Source: a virus (lineage: Duplodnaviria; Caudoviricetes). From it: DNA of 56,742 bases. How positions within the stretch are numbered: the stretch's first letter is position 1; each line of letters opens with the position of its first letter. This document shows, in pieces, positions 38,508-47,113 of the stretch. The translations under genes and the position numbers were made by a program. Below the pieces are notes generated by a model that did not search any database, was not told the DNA's origin, and saw only the letters and a program-made list of their open reading frames with translations. Location: IMG/VR virus record IMGVR_UViG_3300042521_001523, positions 1 through 56,742 of that record; one strand, 5' to 3'.

Positions 38508-38922
38508 GCTCCTGACCCCCCAGGTTGATGGTAATTCTGACGCCGCCAGCGGCAGCGCCGTCGCCCACGTCGTTCTTGGGCTCCAGTCCCGCCCACTTCA
38601 CGGTGGATTTGATGAGGTCGGCCTTCACCGCAGGGCTCACCACGGGGTCGTGGATGAGCATCCATGAGGTTTTGAGCAGCTCTTCAGCCTGCGTGCGGGC
38701 CTTGAGGCGGAAGGTGACCCCCTTATCGCGGATCTCGTCACGGAAATCCGAGACCTTGCGAAGGAAAACTGGGTCTTTGTTGAACACCAGCAGGTCGCCA
38801 GCGACGATCTGGTGCCGCGTGACGATCTCATCGAGGTCCTCACCGCTACCTTCGAGGCGAAGGGCGATGTCGAACGCCAGCCGATTGGTCCATTTGGTCG
38901 GTGAGACGGTCGAAAGGTCCAT
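38434..38922 (-). CDS. Probable terminase small subunit
   Basis: First gene of - arm, helical, C-terminal GVRITINLG strand; positional inference. Confidence 0.55.
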   Translation of the reverse strand: MDLSTVSPTKWTNRLAFDIALRLEGSGEDLDEIVTRHQIVAGDLLVFNKDPVFLRKVSDFRDEIRDKGVTFRLKARTQAEELLKTSWMLIHDPVVSPAVKADLIKSTVKWAGLEPKNDVGDGAAAGGVRITINLGGQELGTATVIDATPQQIESDSDDSESD

Positions 38923-38949
38923 CTGTACTGCTCAGATCCCTGGGTTCTT

Positions 38950-38978
38950 AGCGTATGTGCCTGAGATGTGGGCGTCAA
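38950..38978 (-). promoter_or_regulatory. sigma70-like promoter of packaging/late arm
   Basis: TTGACG-N17-TACGCT. Confidence 0.7.
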
Positions 38979-39122
38979 GGCGAGCTTTTTGCTGGATATT
39001 TCATTACGAAAAGTTAATCTTTGGTATTTTTAGGTCGTGGTTTACGGGGCTTACGCATGTGAGGGGGGGCCTGGATTTTGCCAGTCCAGGTGGGGCCGGT
39101 CCAAGCCGCGAAGCAAGCGCGG

Positions 39123-39136
39123 CGCAGCGCGCTGCG
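39123..39136. promoter_or_regulatory. 14-bp perfect palindrome, candidate operator
   Basis: CGCAGCGCGCTGCG, 20 bp upstream of the -35 at 39157. Confidence 0.35.
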
Positions 39137-39156
39137 AGGCCGGAAACGGGCGGCAT

Positions 39157-39185
39157 TTGACATTTCCGGGCGAATATGTCCTAAT
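39157..39185 (+). promoter_or_regulatory. sigma70-like early promoter
   Basis: TTGACA-N17-CCTAAT with TGn; 5' hairpin GGGCCAGC/GCTGGCCC at 39190-39210. Confidence 0.7.
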
Positions 39186-39262
39186 AATTGGGCCAGCAGC
39201 GAGCTGGCCCCGGCGGCGGGATGGCCCCCACGGGTTGCTCTTTCAAACTGAGGATCAGAACC

Positions 39263-39547
39263 ATGGCTAAGACCGATGATCTCGTGTGGGTCGAGCTGAA
39301 TGTTGCCAGCCTCCCGGCTGAGCTTCAGAAGACGCTGGCGGAAGCGCGAGAGCACACCAAGAAGGCTAAGGAGCTGAAGGAAAAGGCTCGCAAGGCCCTC
39401 GAAAAGCGGTGGATCGACGCGAAGCGGATGCCTGCCACTGAGGAAGTGGTGATCGCGTTCTCCCGCTTCGGCGATGACAAGGTGAACGTGGCGCGGAAGG
39501 AGCGAAAGACTCCCAAGGCGAGCACCAAGCCGACCGTCGCTTGGTAA
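39263..39547 (+). CDS. Early basic hypothetical protein
   Basis: 94 aa from ATG after GAGG; Lys-rich helix. Confidence 0.75.
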   Translation: MAKTDDLVWVELNVASLPAELQKTLAEAREHTKKAKELKEKARKALEKRWIDAKRMPATEEVVIAFSRFGDDKVNVARKERKTPKASTKPTVAW

Positions 39548-39553
39548 CACAAC

Positions 39554-39577
39554 GGGAGGCGCCGCAAGGCGCCTCCC
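39554..39577 (+). promoter_or_regulatory. GCAA-tetraloop hairpin 1
   Basis: GGGAGGCGCC-GCAA-GGCGCCTCCC. Confidence 0.7.
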
Positions 39578-39594
39578 TCCTTCGGAGAAGAACC

Positions 39595-39822
39595 ATGATC
39601 ATGAACGCTGAGGCGCTGAGCATTGCGCCGACCACCTCGGAACTGCAAACCGCGCTTTCCATCCTGCGCCGCAAGGCGATGGCAGATGCGCAGTGCGCCC
39701 GAGAAGCCGAGGCCCAGGAACAGTGGACCACGGCGGATGCCTACTGGGCGCGGGAACTGGGACTGCGCTGCGCCGCCGAACTGGTGCACGACTGCATGGA
39801 AGGCATCCTGCGAGACATTTGA
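39595..39822 (+). CDS. Early hypothetical protein
   Basis: 75 aa, GGAG SD. Confidence 0.7.
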   Translation: MIMNAEALSIAPTTSELQTALSILRRKAMADAQCAREAEAQEQWTTADAYWARELGLRCAAELVHDCMEGILRDI

Positions 39823-39826
39823 CACC

Positions 39827-39848
39827 AGGAGGGGCGCAAGCCCCTCCT
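39827..39848 (+). promoter_or_regulatory. GCAA-tetraloop hairpin 2
   Basis: AGGAGGGGC-GCAA-GCCCCTCCT. Confidence 0.7.
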
Positions 39849-39865
39849 CCTTTGGGAGAGTGAAC

Positions 39866-40084
39866 ATGACACCGGGTTACAAGGCTGGTTGGGCTGCCTT
39901 CCAGCAGTACGTCCTCACTATACAGGCATTCGGGGACGAGGATGCACTTTACGACGAGCTGCCGCAGCTGCGGCGGGAACTGGAGCGAGTACGCGACCAC
40001 GGCATCGACTACATGACGGACTTCCAGGAGGGTTGGGACGACGCCGCCGACCTCGCCGAGGACCAGGACCTCAGCCTCGCTTGA
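39866..40084 (+). CDS. Early acidic hypothetical protein
   Basis: 72 aa, GGGAG SD, very acidic C-terminus. Confidence 0.7.
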   Translation: MTPGYKAGWAAFQQYVLTIQAFGDEDALYDELPQLRRELERVRDHGIDYMTDFQEGWDDAADLAEDQDLSLA

Positions 40085-40089
40085 CACTG

Positions 40090-40114
40090 ACCCCGCCGCA
40101 AGGCGGGGTTTTTT
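40090..40114 (+). terminator. Intrinsic terminator with GCAA loop
   Basis: ACCCCGCC-GCAA-GGCGGGGT-TTTTT. Confidence 0.88.
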
Positions 40115-40199
40115 ATTGCCTTGACACCAGGGCTGTGCGCCGCCTCCGCGTGCTCGCTGCGCTCGCCATACGTCGGGGGCCTCTAGGTCAGCAAAGTGC

Positions 40200-40675
40200 G
40201 CGCATAATGGCGTTCTATAGGTCTGACGGCCTATGGATAGGAAAACAAGTACAACAATCTGTAAAAATAGCCTGTTTTTTTACATTTTATACGTTTGTCT
40301 CCGTATACTGTAAAGTTAGATCTTTACAGATTGTAGGCTAGTTGACACGTAAACACCATGGAAAACCAATGGGTTCCAGGATCTCTCTCTCTATCTATAA
40401 TCTATATTTTCTAACAATCCGTAAAAAAGGAATTTTAACCCTTTCCTCATGCGCGAGGCCCCTGGTGGATACGTAAAGCATGTACAGTGCATTCCCCTTT
40501 ACACCCCCCAACTCTCTTCTAATTTGTGGCGCTCTTTACGAATATTTTTTAGATTATTAGATTGTTGACAGATCCTGCCTCGTAACCCACTAATTTTCCA
40601 CCCTTTTAACAATCTGTGCGCTACCGCGACGTTATACATACAAAATAGATCACGACATCATAATAGATTGTTGCG
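40200..40675. other. AT-rich non-coding region with repeated AACAATCT motifs; putative replication origin
   Basis: Most AT-rich long intergenic stretch; motif copies in both orientations. Confidence 0.55.
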
Positions 40676-40694
40676 ACCATTGATGGGGCCGGAC

Positions 40695-40723
40695 TTGACA
40701 CGGCGGGGCCGCCGGGCTAGCCT
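40695..40723 (+). promoter_or_regulatory. sigma70-like promoter of main early operon
   Basis: TTGACA-N17-TAGCCT. Confidence 0.75.
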
Positions 40724-40775
40724 GGGAACCGGGTCGGCGCTCCGCCGATGCCCCACAACAGAGGTGAATGGACAG

Positions 40776-42290
40776 ATGTTCCAGCTCATTGATGTGTCCA
40801 CTGGCGTTCCTGTCAATGGCGACCTTTACATTACCGCCGATGCTGCCCTTGCAGCTCGTGTCAACTACCCTGGTGTAAAGACCCGTATCCAGCAGCTGGT
40901 TGACGACAGCTGGATGGAGCGAGAAGCGTCCCGTCTGGCCACTGGCCACCACGCGGTGCTGCCGAGCTACATCATTGGCTATACCAAGGATGGCCACTTC
41001 GCTCATGTGTCTAAGGACCGTACCAAGATTGCCTTTACAGAGTCCCCTGAGAAGGGGATGCGTGACATCCAGACCGTGGTGCCTGCCTCCACTTACCTTG
41101 CCCGCTTTGCTAGTGATCGGCTTACCCCCGACAAGATCCGTGATCTGGCGGCACGCTACGAGTCTCGGCTTGTTGTCAACTCTAGTACCCTGGTGATCAG
41201 CCACGCCAGGGATGCCTTCCGGTTTGCGTACAACGATCAGCCTGTCAAGTCTGAGTCTTCCGACCATGTGTCCTGCATGGCCCGTGCTGCTCGTAGCTAT
41301 ACCGGTTCCCTCAACCTCCACCCTGCTGAAGCCTATGCCACTGATCAGGATGGACTGGCGATTGCCTACACCACCGACCCTCAGAACCCCAACAGCGTCA
41401 CTGCCCGAGCTGTGCTGTGGCCCCGTGAGAAGACCTTCGTCCGGGTCTACGGCCTCACCGATCAGTACCGCATTGCCCTGACTGCGATGCTCAGGGAGCG
41501 TGAGTACGAACGGACCACCAGCTTCGCTGGTGCACCACTGAACCGTATCCCCGCTGAGACTGAACTCGATGCCGATGATGAGGATGGCACCTTCCTGATG
41601 CCCTACCTCGATGGTGAGGATAAGGCCGTCGATGACCACCCGGCCAAGCGTAGGTTCTTCATCTGCGACAGCGGCGATTACGCTGCTGATGAGACTGGCG
41701 GCACCATCGAGGTTGGCAACTATTCCCGTACCCAGTGCGGTTGCTGTGGTGACCGTATGCACCGCGACGACGATCAGTACTCGGTGGACGGCGAGACGTG
41801 GTGCCTCAACTGCTATGACAACGAAGCCTTCACCTGTGCCTACTCCGGTGACAGCTACAGCCACAACAATGGCGACCCTACGACAGTGTGGCGCCGTGCC
41901 CGTCGCTCCACTCACAACGGCATTGGTAGCCCCTGGCGTACCTGGGAGGAGCTGTGGAGCGGTGACGCTGCACAGTCCTATGCCTTCCACTGCGAGAACA
42001 CGGACCAGTGGTACGCCGATAGCGACTACACGGCGATGGAAGTCATCGTGAACACCCGTGCTGGTACCCAGACGTGGTGCCAGGAGGAGACTGAGGGCGA
42101 GTACTTCCGCTGCCCGGACTGCGAGGAGATCTTCTCCAACGACATGGTGCATCCCGACAGCATCTACACCAACACCATGCGCTGCCATGACTGCCACAAC
42201 GCTTACGTCGCCGATCAGGAGGAGCGTGGATACCCGATGCCTACCTTCGTCGCTGACGCCAACCAGCTTGAACTCCCCGTCAACCTCTAA
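40776..42290 (+). CDS. Hypothetical protein with Cys-rich C-terminal Zn-binding repeats
   Basis: SD GAGGTGA at 40761; SCM, ARA, PYLD motifs; CGCC, CLNC, CPDC, CHDC. Confidence 0.75.
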   Translation: MFQLIDVSTGVPVNGDLYITADAALAARVNYPGVKTRIQQLVDDSWMEREASRLATGHHAVLPSYIIGYTKDGHFAHVSKDRTKIAFTESPEKGMRDIQTVVPASTYLARFASDRLTPDKIRDLAARYESRLVVNSSTLVISHARDAFRFAYNDQPVKSESSDHVSCMARAARSYTGSLNLHPAEAYATDQDGLAIAYTTDPQNPNSVTARAVLWPREKTFVRVYGLTDQYRIALTAMLREREYERTTSFAGAPLNRIPAETELDADDEDGTFLMPYLDGEDKAVDDHPAKRRFFICDSGDYAADETGGTIEVGNYSRTQCGCCGDRMHRDDDQYSVDGETWCLNCYDNEAFTCAYSGDSYSHNNGDPTTVWRRARRSTHNGIGSPWRTWEELWSGDAAQSYAFHCENTDQWYADSDYTAMEVIVNTRAGTQTWCQEETEGEYFRCPDCEEIFSNDMVHPDSIYTNTMRCHDCHNAYVADQEERGYPMPTFVADANQLELPVNL

Positions 42291-42304
42291 CCCAGGAGAT
42301 ACCT

Positions 42305-43303
42305 ATGACCCGCAAGACCAACGTCAGCGCCATGCCCAGCAAGGTGCGAGAACTCAACCTCAGCAACCCCATCATCAACGAGCTGCTCCAGATGCACACT
42401 TACTGCCGCCCTGCTGGCAGTGAGACCGAGGCGCTGTTCGTCAAGCGTTACCTCGACAGCATCCCCGACATGCGCAGTGACGCCAAGGGCAACCGCTACA
42501 TCAACATCCCCAACAGGGATGGATCGCTGTCACGTATCCTGTGGTCCTCCCATACCGACACTGTGCACGCCAAGGGCGGCAGGCAGCGTATCACCTACGG
42601 TGGCGGTATGCTCTCCCTCTCACCCAACGCTGACAGCTCGTGCCTTGGTGCTGACTGCACGGCAGGTGTGTGGCTGATGCGCCAGATGATCCTCCGCGAG
42701 GTCCCTGGCCTCTACATCTTCCATGCTGCTGAGGAGATCGGTGGCATCGGTTCTCACCACATCGCCGTTGAGACACCCGAGCTGCTCGATGGCATTGACT
42801 ACGCTATTGCGCTTGATCGGCGTGGCACCACCAGTGTCATCACCCATCAGGGTGCACGCTGTGCGTCAGATGCGTTTGGTAGGGCGCTGGCTGATCAGCT
42901 CAGCACCAAGGGCCACACGTTCCAGCTCGACTCCGGTGGCACCTTCACCGATACGGCCAACTACACCGACATCGTGCCTGAGTGCACCAACCTCAGCGTT
43001 GGGTACTACAACGCTCACCAAGCCACAGAGTACCTCGATGTGCCCTTCCTGGTGCATCTGCTGGAGCGGCTGTGTCAGGTCGATCCGGTCACCCTGCCTG
43101 TGGTGCGCAAGGCTGGCGACAGTGACTTCCCCTGGGGCAACTCGGCGTCGTGGCGCAGTGGTGGCACTGCCTCCTACGCTTCGTCCAAGGGCAGCACCCT
43201 GGAGGATCTTGTGTACGACTACCCCAAGGCCGCAGCGCAGCTGCTGGAGGACCTTGGCATCTCTGCTGATGACTTCCAGCAGTACCTGTACGGCGTTCAC
43301 TGA
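42305..43303 (+). CDS. Zn-dependent exopeptidase-like (M20/M28/M42 fold)
   Basis: SHTDTV, LGADC.AG, AEEIGG.GS, DRRG, YNAH metal-ligand pattern. Confidence 0.82.
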   Translation: MTRKTNVSAMPSKVRELNLSNPIINELLQMHTYCRPAGSETEALFVKRYLDSIPDMRSDAKGNRYINIPNRDGSLSRILWSSHTDTVHAKGGRQRITYGGGMLSLSPNADSSCLGADCTAGVWLMRQMILREVPGLYIFHAAEEIGGIGSHHIAVETPELLDGIDYAIALDRRGTTSVITHQGARCASDAFGRALADQLSTKGHTFQLDSGGTFTDTANYTDIVPECTNLSVGYYNAHQATEYLDVPFLVHLLERLCQVDPVTLPVVRKAGDSDFPWGNSASWRSGGTASYASSKGSTLEDLVYDYPKAAAQLLEDLGISADDFQQYLYGVH

Positions 43304-43314
43304 GGAGGATGAAC

Positions 43315-43545
43315 ATGCGTAGGTATCGGTACGTCGAGCGGGATAGTGCGACCGGCACTACCCTCTACGAGGCGACTGGTAACAGCATCGAGGAGACCGC
43401 CGATAAGGTGGGCTTCGATTGGGATGATGCCGCCAATCTCTGGGCTGGTGTTCAGCCTGGGTCGCCGGTCATCGACCGCGACATGGATGGCAAGGGTGGC
43501 ATCACATACAGCCGAGAGTTCCACATTGATATTGCGGAGGGATGA
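43315..43545 (+). CDS. Hypothetical protein
   Basis: GAGGAGG SD spacing favours second ATG. Confidence 0.7.
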   Translation: MRRYRYVERDSATGTTLYEATGNSIEETADKVGFDWDDAANLWAGVQPGSPVIDRDMDGKGGITYSREFHIDIAEG

Positions 43546-43547
43546 AC

Positions 43548-43856
43548 ATGCGTAGGACCATCAAGACCCGTCCCGTAGAGGACCACATCGCGCTCATCGA
43601 GGTTCCGGCCTCGGCTCAGGCGTACACCAAGTGGATGCACTACGAGTACCTGTCGTGCCGACAGGCCGCCATTCTGGAGGTCGTCAAGGCCAACCCTGGT
43701 GCGACCATTGGGGCCATTGCTGCGGTGCTCAACGTCAACAAGCCGTCAGTCACCAGGGCTGCGGATAAGCTGTCCAAGTGGAACCTGCTCCACCGCAGTA
43801 CCGACCTGATGGATAGGCGGCTGATGCTGCTCTGGCCCGGACCTAACAAGGGCTAG
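43548..43856 (+). CDS. MarR-like winged-HTH regulator
   Basis: TIGAIAAVLNVNKPSVTRAADKL...DRR. Confidence 0.75.
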   Translation: MRRTIKTRPVEDHIALIEVPASAQAYTKWMHYEYLSCRQAAILEVVKANPGATIGAIAAVLNVNKPSVTRAADKLSKWNLLHRSTDLMDRRLMLLWPGPNKG

Positions 43857-43920
43857 GCCGAAACGTAGGGTCCGACCCCCTGCGTCCAGCGGTAACGCCG
43901 CTGCTGATGAGGCCACTTGT
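43846..43920 (+). ncRNA. Type II hammerhead ribozyme, predicted cleavage after C43886
   Basis: GGCC-GAAAC-stem III-GUC-stem I (CAGCGG/CCGCUG)-CUGAUGA-GGCC; all core bases and three helices present. Confidence 0.92.
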
Positions 43921-43951
43921 CAGAAACAAACTTACAAGAGGTGAACATGCA

Positions 43952-44944
43952 ATGCGTCCGACTCTTTTAAAAGATACACTCGCTGCGCTGATCCGTGTGG
44001 GCCGCACGGTCTGCGTTGAGGGGGCACCCGGTGGCGGCAAGACCACCATCGCCCGAGAGGTCGCCTCTGATCTAGGTCGGGGCTACATCGAGATGCACCT
44101 GCCCACCATGCTGGTGGAGGACTTCGGCATCCCGGAGATCAGTGGCTCCACGCTGAGCTACAAGCTGCCTGACTGGTACCCTGCGCAGGGCAGCCGCCAC
44201 GATACCCCTGAGGGTGGGTTGCTGTGCTTCGACGACCGCAATCAAGCCGGTGCGGACATCCAGAAGGTTCTGGCCAACATCTGTCAGGCAAGGACGCTGC
44301 ACGGCGTACCCATGGCTAACGGCTGGAGCGTCATCTCCACCGGCAACAGGCAGAGTGACCGGGCAGGGGCTAACCGTGTGCTGGGCCACCTCCGCAACCG
44401 TGAGACGGTGCTGGAGATGGAGACGCACCTCGACGACAGCTCGGCCTGGATGATTGCCAACGGTGTACGGCCTGAGGTGGTGAGCTTCCTGCGCTTCCGG
44501 CCTGGGTTGCTCCATGACTACGACCCGCAGCGTGATCAGAACCCCACGCCACGGTCCTGGGTGGAGGGTGTCTCGGCTGTGCTGGGCGTGGTGCCTGCTG
44601 ATGCTGAGTTCGAGTGCTTCAAGGGCGCTGTGGGTGAGGGCGCTGCGGCTGAGTTCGTGGGGTTCCTGCGCATCTTCCGCAAGCTGCCCAACCCTGACGC
44701 CATCCTGCTCGACCCCAAGGGGTCGGTGGTGCCGACCGATCCGGCGACGCTCTACGCCCTGTCTGGTGCCTTGTCTGCCCGTGCAAGTTCGGGCAACCTT
44801 GACCGTGTTGTGGCGTACTGTGAGCGGATGCCGCCCGAGTTCAGCGTGCTGACCGTCTCCATCGCAGCGCGCCGTGACCCGTCACTGGCCAGCACCCAGG
44901 CATTCACGACCTGGGCCGTAAAGCACCACGAAGTGCTGTTCTGA
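43952..44944 (+). CDS. MoxR-like AAA+ ATPase
   Basis: GAPGGGKT, CFDDRN, STGNR, PTPRSW; SD at 43938. Confidence 0.85.
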   Translation: MRPTLLKDTLAALIRVGRTVCVEGAPGGGKTTIAREVASDLGRGYIEMHLPTMLVEDFGIPEISGSTLSYKLPDWYPAQGSRHDTPEGGLLCFDDRNQAGADIQKVLANICQARTLHGVPMANGWSVISTGNRQSDRAGANRVLGHLRNRETVLEMETHLDDSSAWMIANGVRPEVVSFLRFRPGLLHDYDPQRDQNPTPRSWVEGVSAVLGVVPADAEFECFKGAVGEGAAAEFVGFLRIFRKLPNPDAILLDPKGSVVPTDPATLYALSGALSARASSGNLDRVVAYCERMPPEFSVLTVSIAARRDPSLASTQAFTTWAVKHHEVLF

Positions 44945-44957
44945 GGAGGATAGAACA

Positions 44958-45809
44958 ATGCAGCTCAACGACCGCGCCCTGCTGGTGCAGCTCTCCGTCT
45001 CTCAGTGGACGGCCCGCAAGTACGACAAGCGCGTCTCGCAGCAGGCGACGACGCTCTACCATGCCAGTGCTGAGGCAGGGCGCTTCAACAAGTCCCTGCT
45101 GCCGCTCAACGACTACCTTGAGCGGGTGCACGCCAAGAGCAACGCCATCCGGCAGGACTTCTACTCCAACACCCTGCCCTGGGCGATGGAGGGGGCGCAG
45201 CTGCTGCCTACCTCCAACTACCTCAGCTTCATCACGTCCTTCCGCAAGGCCAAGGCTGAGTGGGAGGCCCTGGTGGCTGACTTCGTGTACAACTACCCGG
45301 CACTGAAGGTGCAGGCTGCCCGGCTGCTGGGTGGCATGTACTCGGACAGTGACTACCCGGCGGATGACGAGATCGCCAACCGGTTTAGGATGGATATCGC
45401 CATCTTCCCGGTGCCTACCAACGACTTCCGGGTGGAGCTGAGTGGGTCGGAGATGTCCCGCATCCAGCAGGACATCACGGCGCGGCTGGTGCAGGCTCAC
45501 ACCCTGGCGACCAAGGATGTCTGGCAGCGGCTGTATGAGCGGGTGGAGACCATCTCCCGCCAGTGCAGCAACCCCAAGGGGCGCATCTACGACAGCATGT
45601 TGGAGCACGCACGGGAACTGTGTGACCTGCTGCCTCGCCTCAACATCGGCGATGACCCCAACCTTGAGAACATGCGGCAGGAGGTGGAGGGCAAGCTGGC
45701 ATCCCTCAGCACCGACGCCATCCGCAATGATCCCACGGTGCGCCAGAGTGCAGCGGACGACGCTGCTGCCATCATGGATAAGATGCGCGCCTTCATGGGA
45801 GGGCTGTGA
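44958..45809 (+). CDS. DUF3150-like protein
   Basis: LLVQLSVSQWTARKYD N-terminus, helical, between AAA and VWA genes. Confidence 0.6.
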   Translation: MQLNDRALLVQLSVSQWTARKYDKRVSQQATTLYHASAEAGRFNKSLLPLNDYLERVHAKSNAIRQDFYSNTLPWAMEGAQLLPTSNYLSFITSFRKAKAEWEALVADFVYNYPALKVQAARLLGGMYSDSDYPADDEIANRFRMDIAIFPVPTNDFRVELSGSEMSRIQQDITARLVQAHTLATKDVWQRLYERVETISRQCSNPKGRIYDSMLEHARELCDLLPRLNIGDDPNLENMRQEVEGKLASLSTDAIRNDPTVRQSAADDAAAIMDKMRAFMGGL

Positions 45810-45810
45810 C

Positions 45811-46923
45811 ATGGACCTCATGAAACGCTTGGCCAAGGCCAAGACCAACCTGATCCTTCAGCACCCCTTCATCGGGACCGTGGCACTCAACATGCCCATG
45901 GTGCTGGACGAGCGTGTCCCCACAGCGGCGACCGATGGGAAGACCGTGTGGTACAACCCGCACTTCCTCAAGGATCTGACTGACGAGGAGGTCACCTTCC
46001 TCGTGGCGCACGAGTGCTTCCACCCCATGCTGGAGCATATGTACCGCCTCAAGGGCCGCGACCACGGCAAGTGGAACAAGGCGGCTGACTACGTAATCAA
46101 CCAGCTCCTGGTGGATGAGCGCATCGGCAAGTTCATCAAGGGCGGCTGCCTCGACAGGACGCTGTACGACGCAGGCAAGGGTACGTCTGAGGGTATCTAC
46201 GCCATCCTGCCGGACAGCGACGGCAGGGACGGTGCCAAGGGTGATGGCCCTGGCGGTATCGGCAACGATCTGCTGGAGCCGGAAGGCTCCCCTGCTGAGC
46301 AGGCACAGGCTCAGGCCGAGTGGCGAGTGAAGGTCGCCCAGGCAGCGCAGGCTGCCAAGATGATGGGCAAGATGTCAGCCAACATGCAGCGCCTCGTCGA
46401 TGAGGTGTTGCAACCCAAGGTGCGCTGGCAGGATGTGCTGCGTAGGTTCATGCACCGGGCCAAGACCAGCACCCGGAGCTGGGCACGACCCAACCGACGC
46501 TTCCTGGCGCAGGGTCTCTATCTGCCGAGCGTATCCGGTGAGGCGCTGGGTGAGGTGGTGGTAGCGGTGGACTGCTCAGGCTCCATCAGCCCCCGTGTGG
46601 TGGCTGAGTTCGCTGCGGAGATCAGGGCGATCCATGAGGACACCAACCCGGTCATGCTGCACATCGTCTACTTCGACAGTGAGGTGTGCCACTACGACCG
46701 CTACGCACCCACTGACACGGTGACCATCACGGCACGTGGCGGTGGAGGCACGGCCTTCTCGCCGATCTTCAAACACGTTGCAGACAACTCGGTGGCACCG
46801 GTCGCCTGTGTGGTGCTGACCGATCTGTACTGCGACGACTTCGGCCCGGCACCGGATTACCCGGTGATGTGGGTAACCAACGGTGCGACCAAGGCACCCT
46901 GGGGTGAGGTGGTCAAGCTGTGA
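45811..46923 (+). CDS. Metallopeptidase-VWA protein (DUF2201-like)
   Basis: TAATDG, AHECFH (HExxH), MIDAS DCSGS, GGGGT, LTD. Confidence 0.85.
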   Translation: MDLMKRLAKAKTNLILQHPFIGTVALNMPMVLDERVPTAATDGKTVWYNPHFLKDLTDEEVTFLVAHECFHPMLEHMYRLKGRDHGKWNKAADYVINQLLVDERIGKFIKGGCLDRTLYDAGKGTSEGIYAILPDSDGRDGAKGDGPGGIGNDLLEPEGSPAEQAQAQAEWRVKVAQAAQAAKMMGKMSANMQRLVDEVLQPKVRWQDVLRRFMHRAKTSTRSWARPNRRFLAQGLYLPSVSGEALGEVVVAVDCSGSISPRVVAEFAAEIRAIHEDTNPVMLHIVYFDSEVCHYDRYAPTDTVTITARGGGGTAFSPIFKHVADNSVAPVACVVLTDLYCDDFGPAPDYPVMWVTNGATKAPWGEVVKL

Positions 46924-47111
46924 GCGAGGGCACGCTCATCACCATCGGCCTCACCCTCTGCTTCTGGGTGGGCTGGCTGGAGTGGAGGCTGCGTCGTGCT
47001 GATGAGAAGTGCGACCAGCTCTGCCACCTTCTCGTACACATCGCCTACGGTCGGCTCACCATCCGGGTGGACCGTGACCGCAAGGTGCACATAACACCAA
47101 CTGGGAGATGA
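46920..47111 (+). CDS. Small membrane-anchored protein
   Basis: 63 aa, N-terminal hydrophobic helix. Confidence 0.6.
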   Translation: MSEGTLITIGLTLCFWVGWLEWRLRRADEKCDQLCHLLVHIAYGRLTIRVDRDRKVHITPTGR

Positions 47112-47113
47112 AC

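Noticed and set aside
39545-40131. CRISPR array or integron attC array
   Set aside because: Hairpin sequences are not identical repeats, spacers are genes, and there is no cas operon, integrase or attC core; the Cas4-like gene is a solo replication nuclease
46995-47040. Second hammerhead at CTGATGA
   Set aside because: No GAAA after a stem II and no stems I/III. Likewise CTGACGA near 49745 and CTGATGA near 52578
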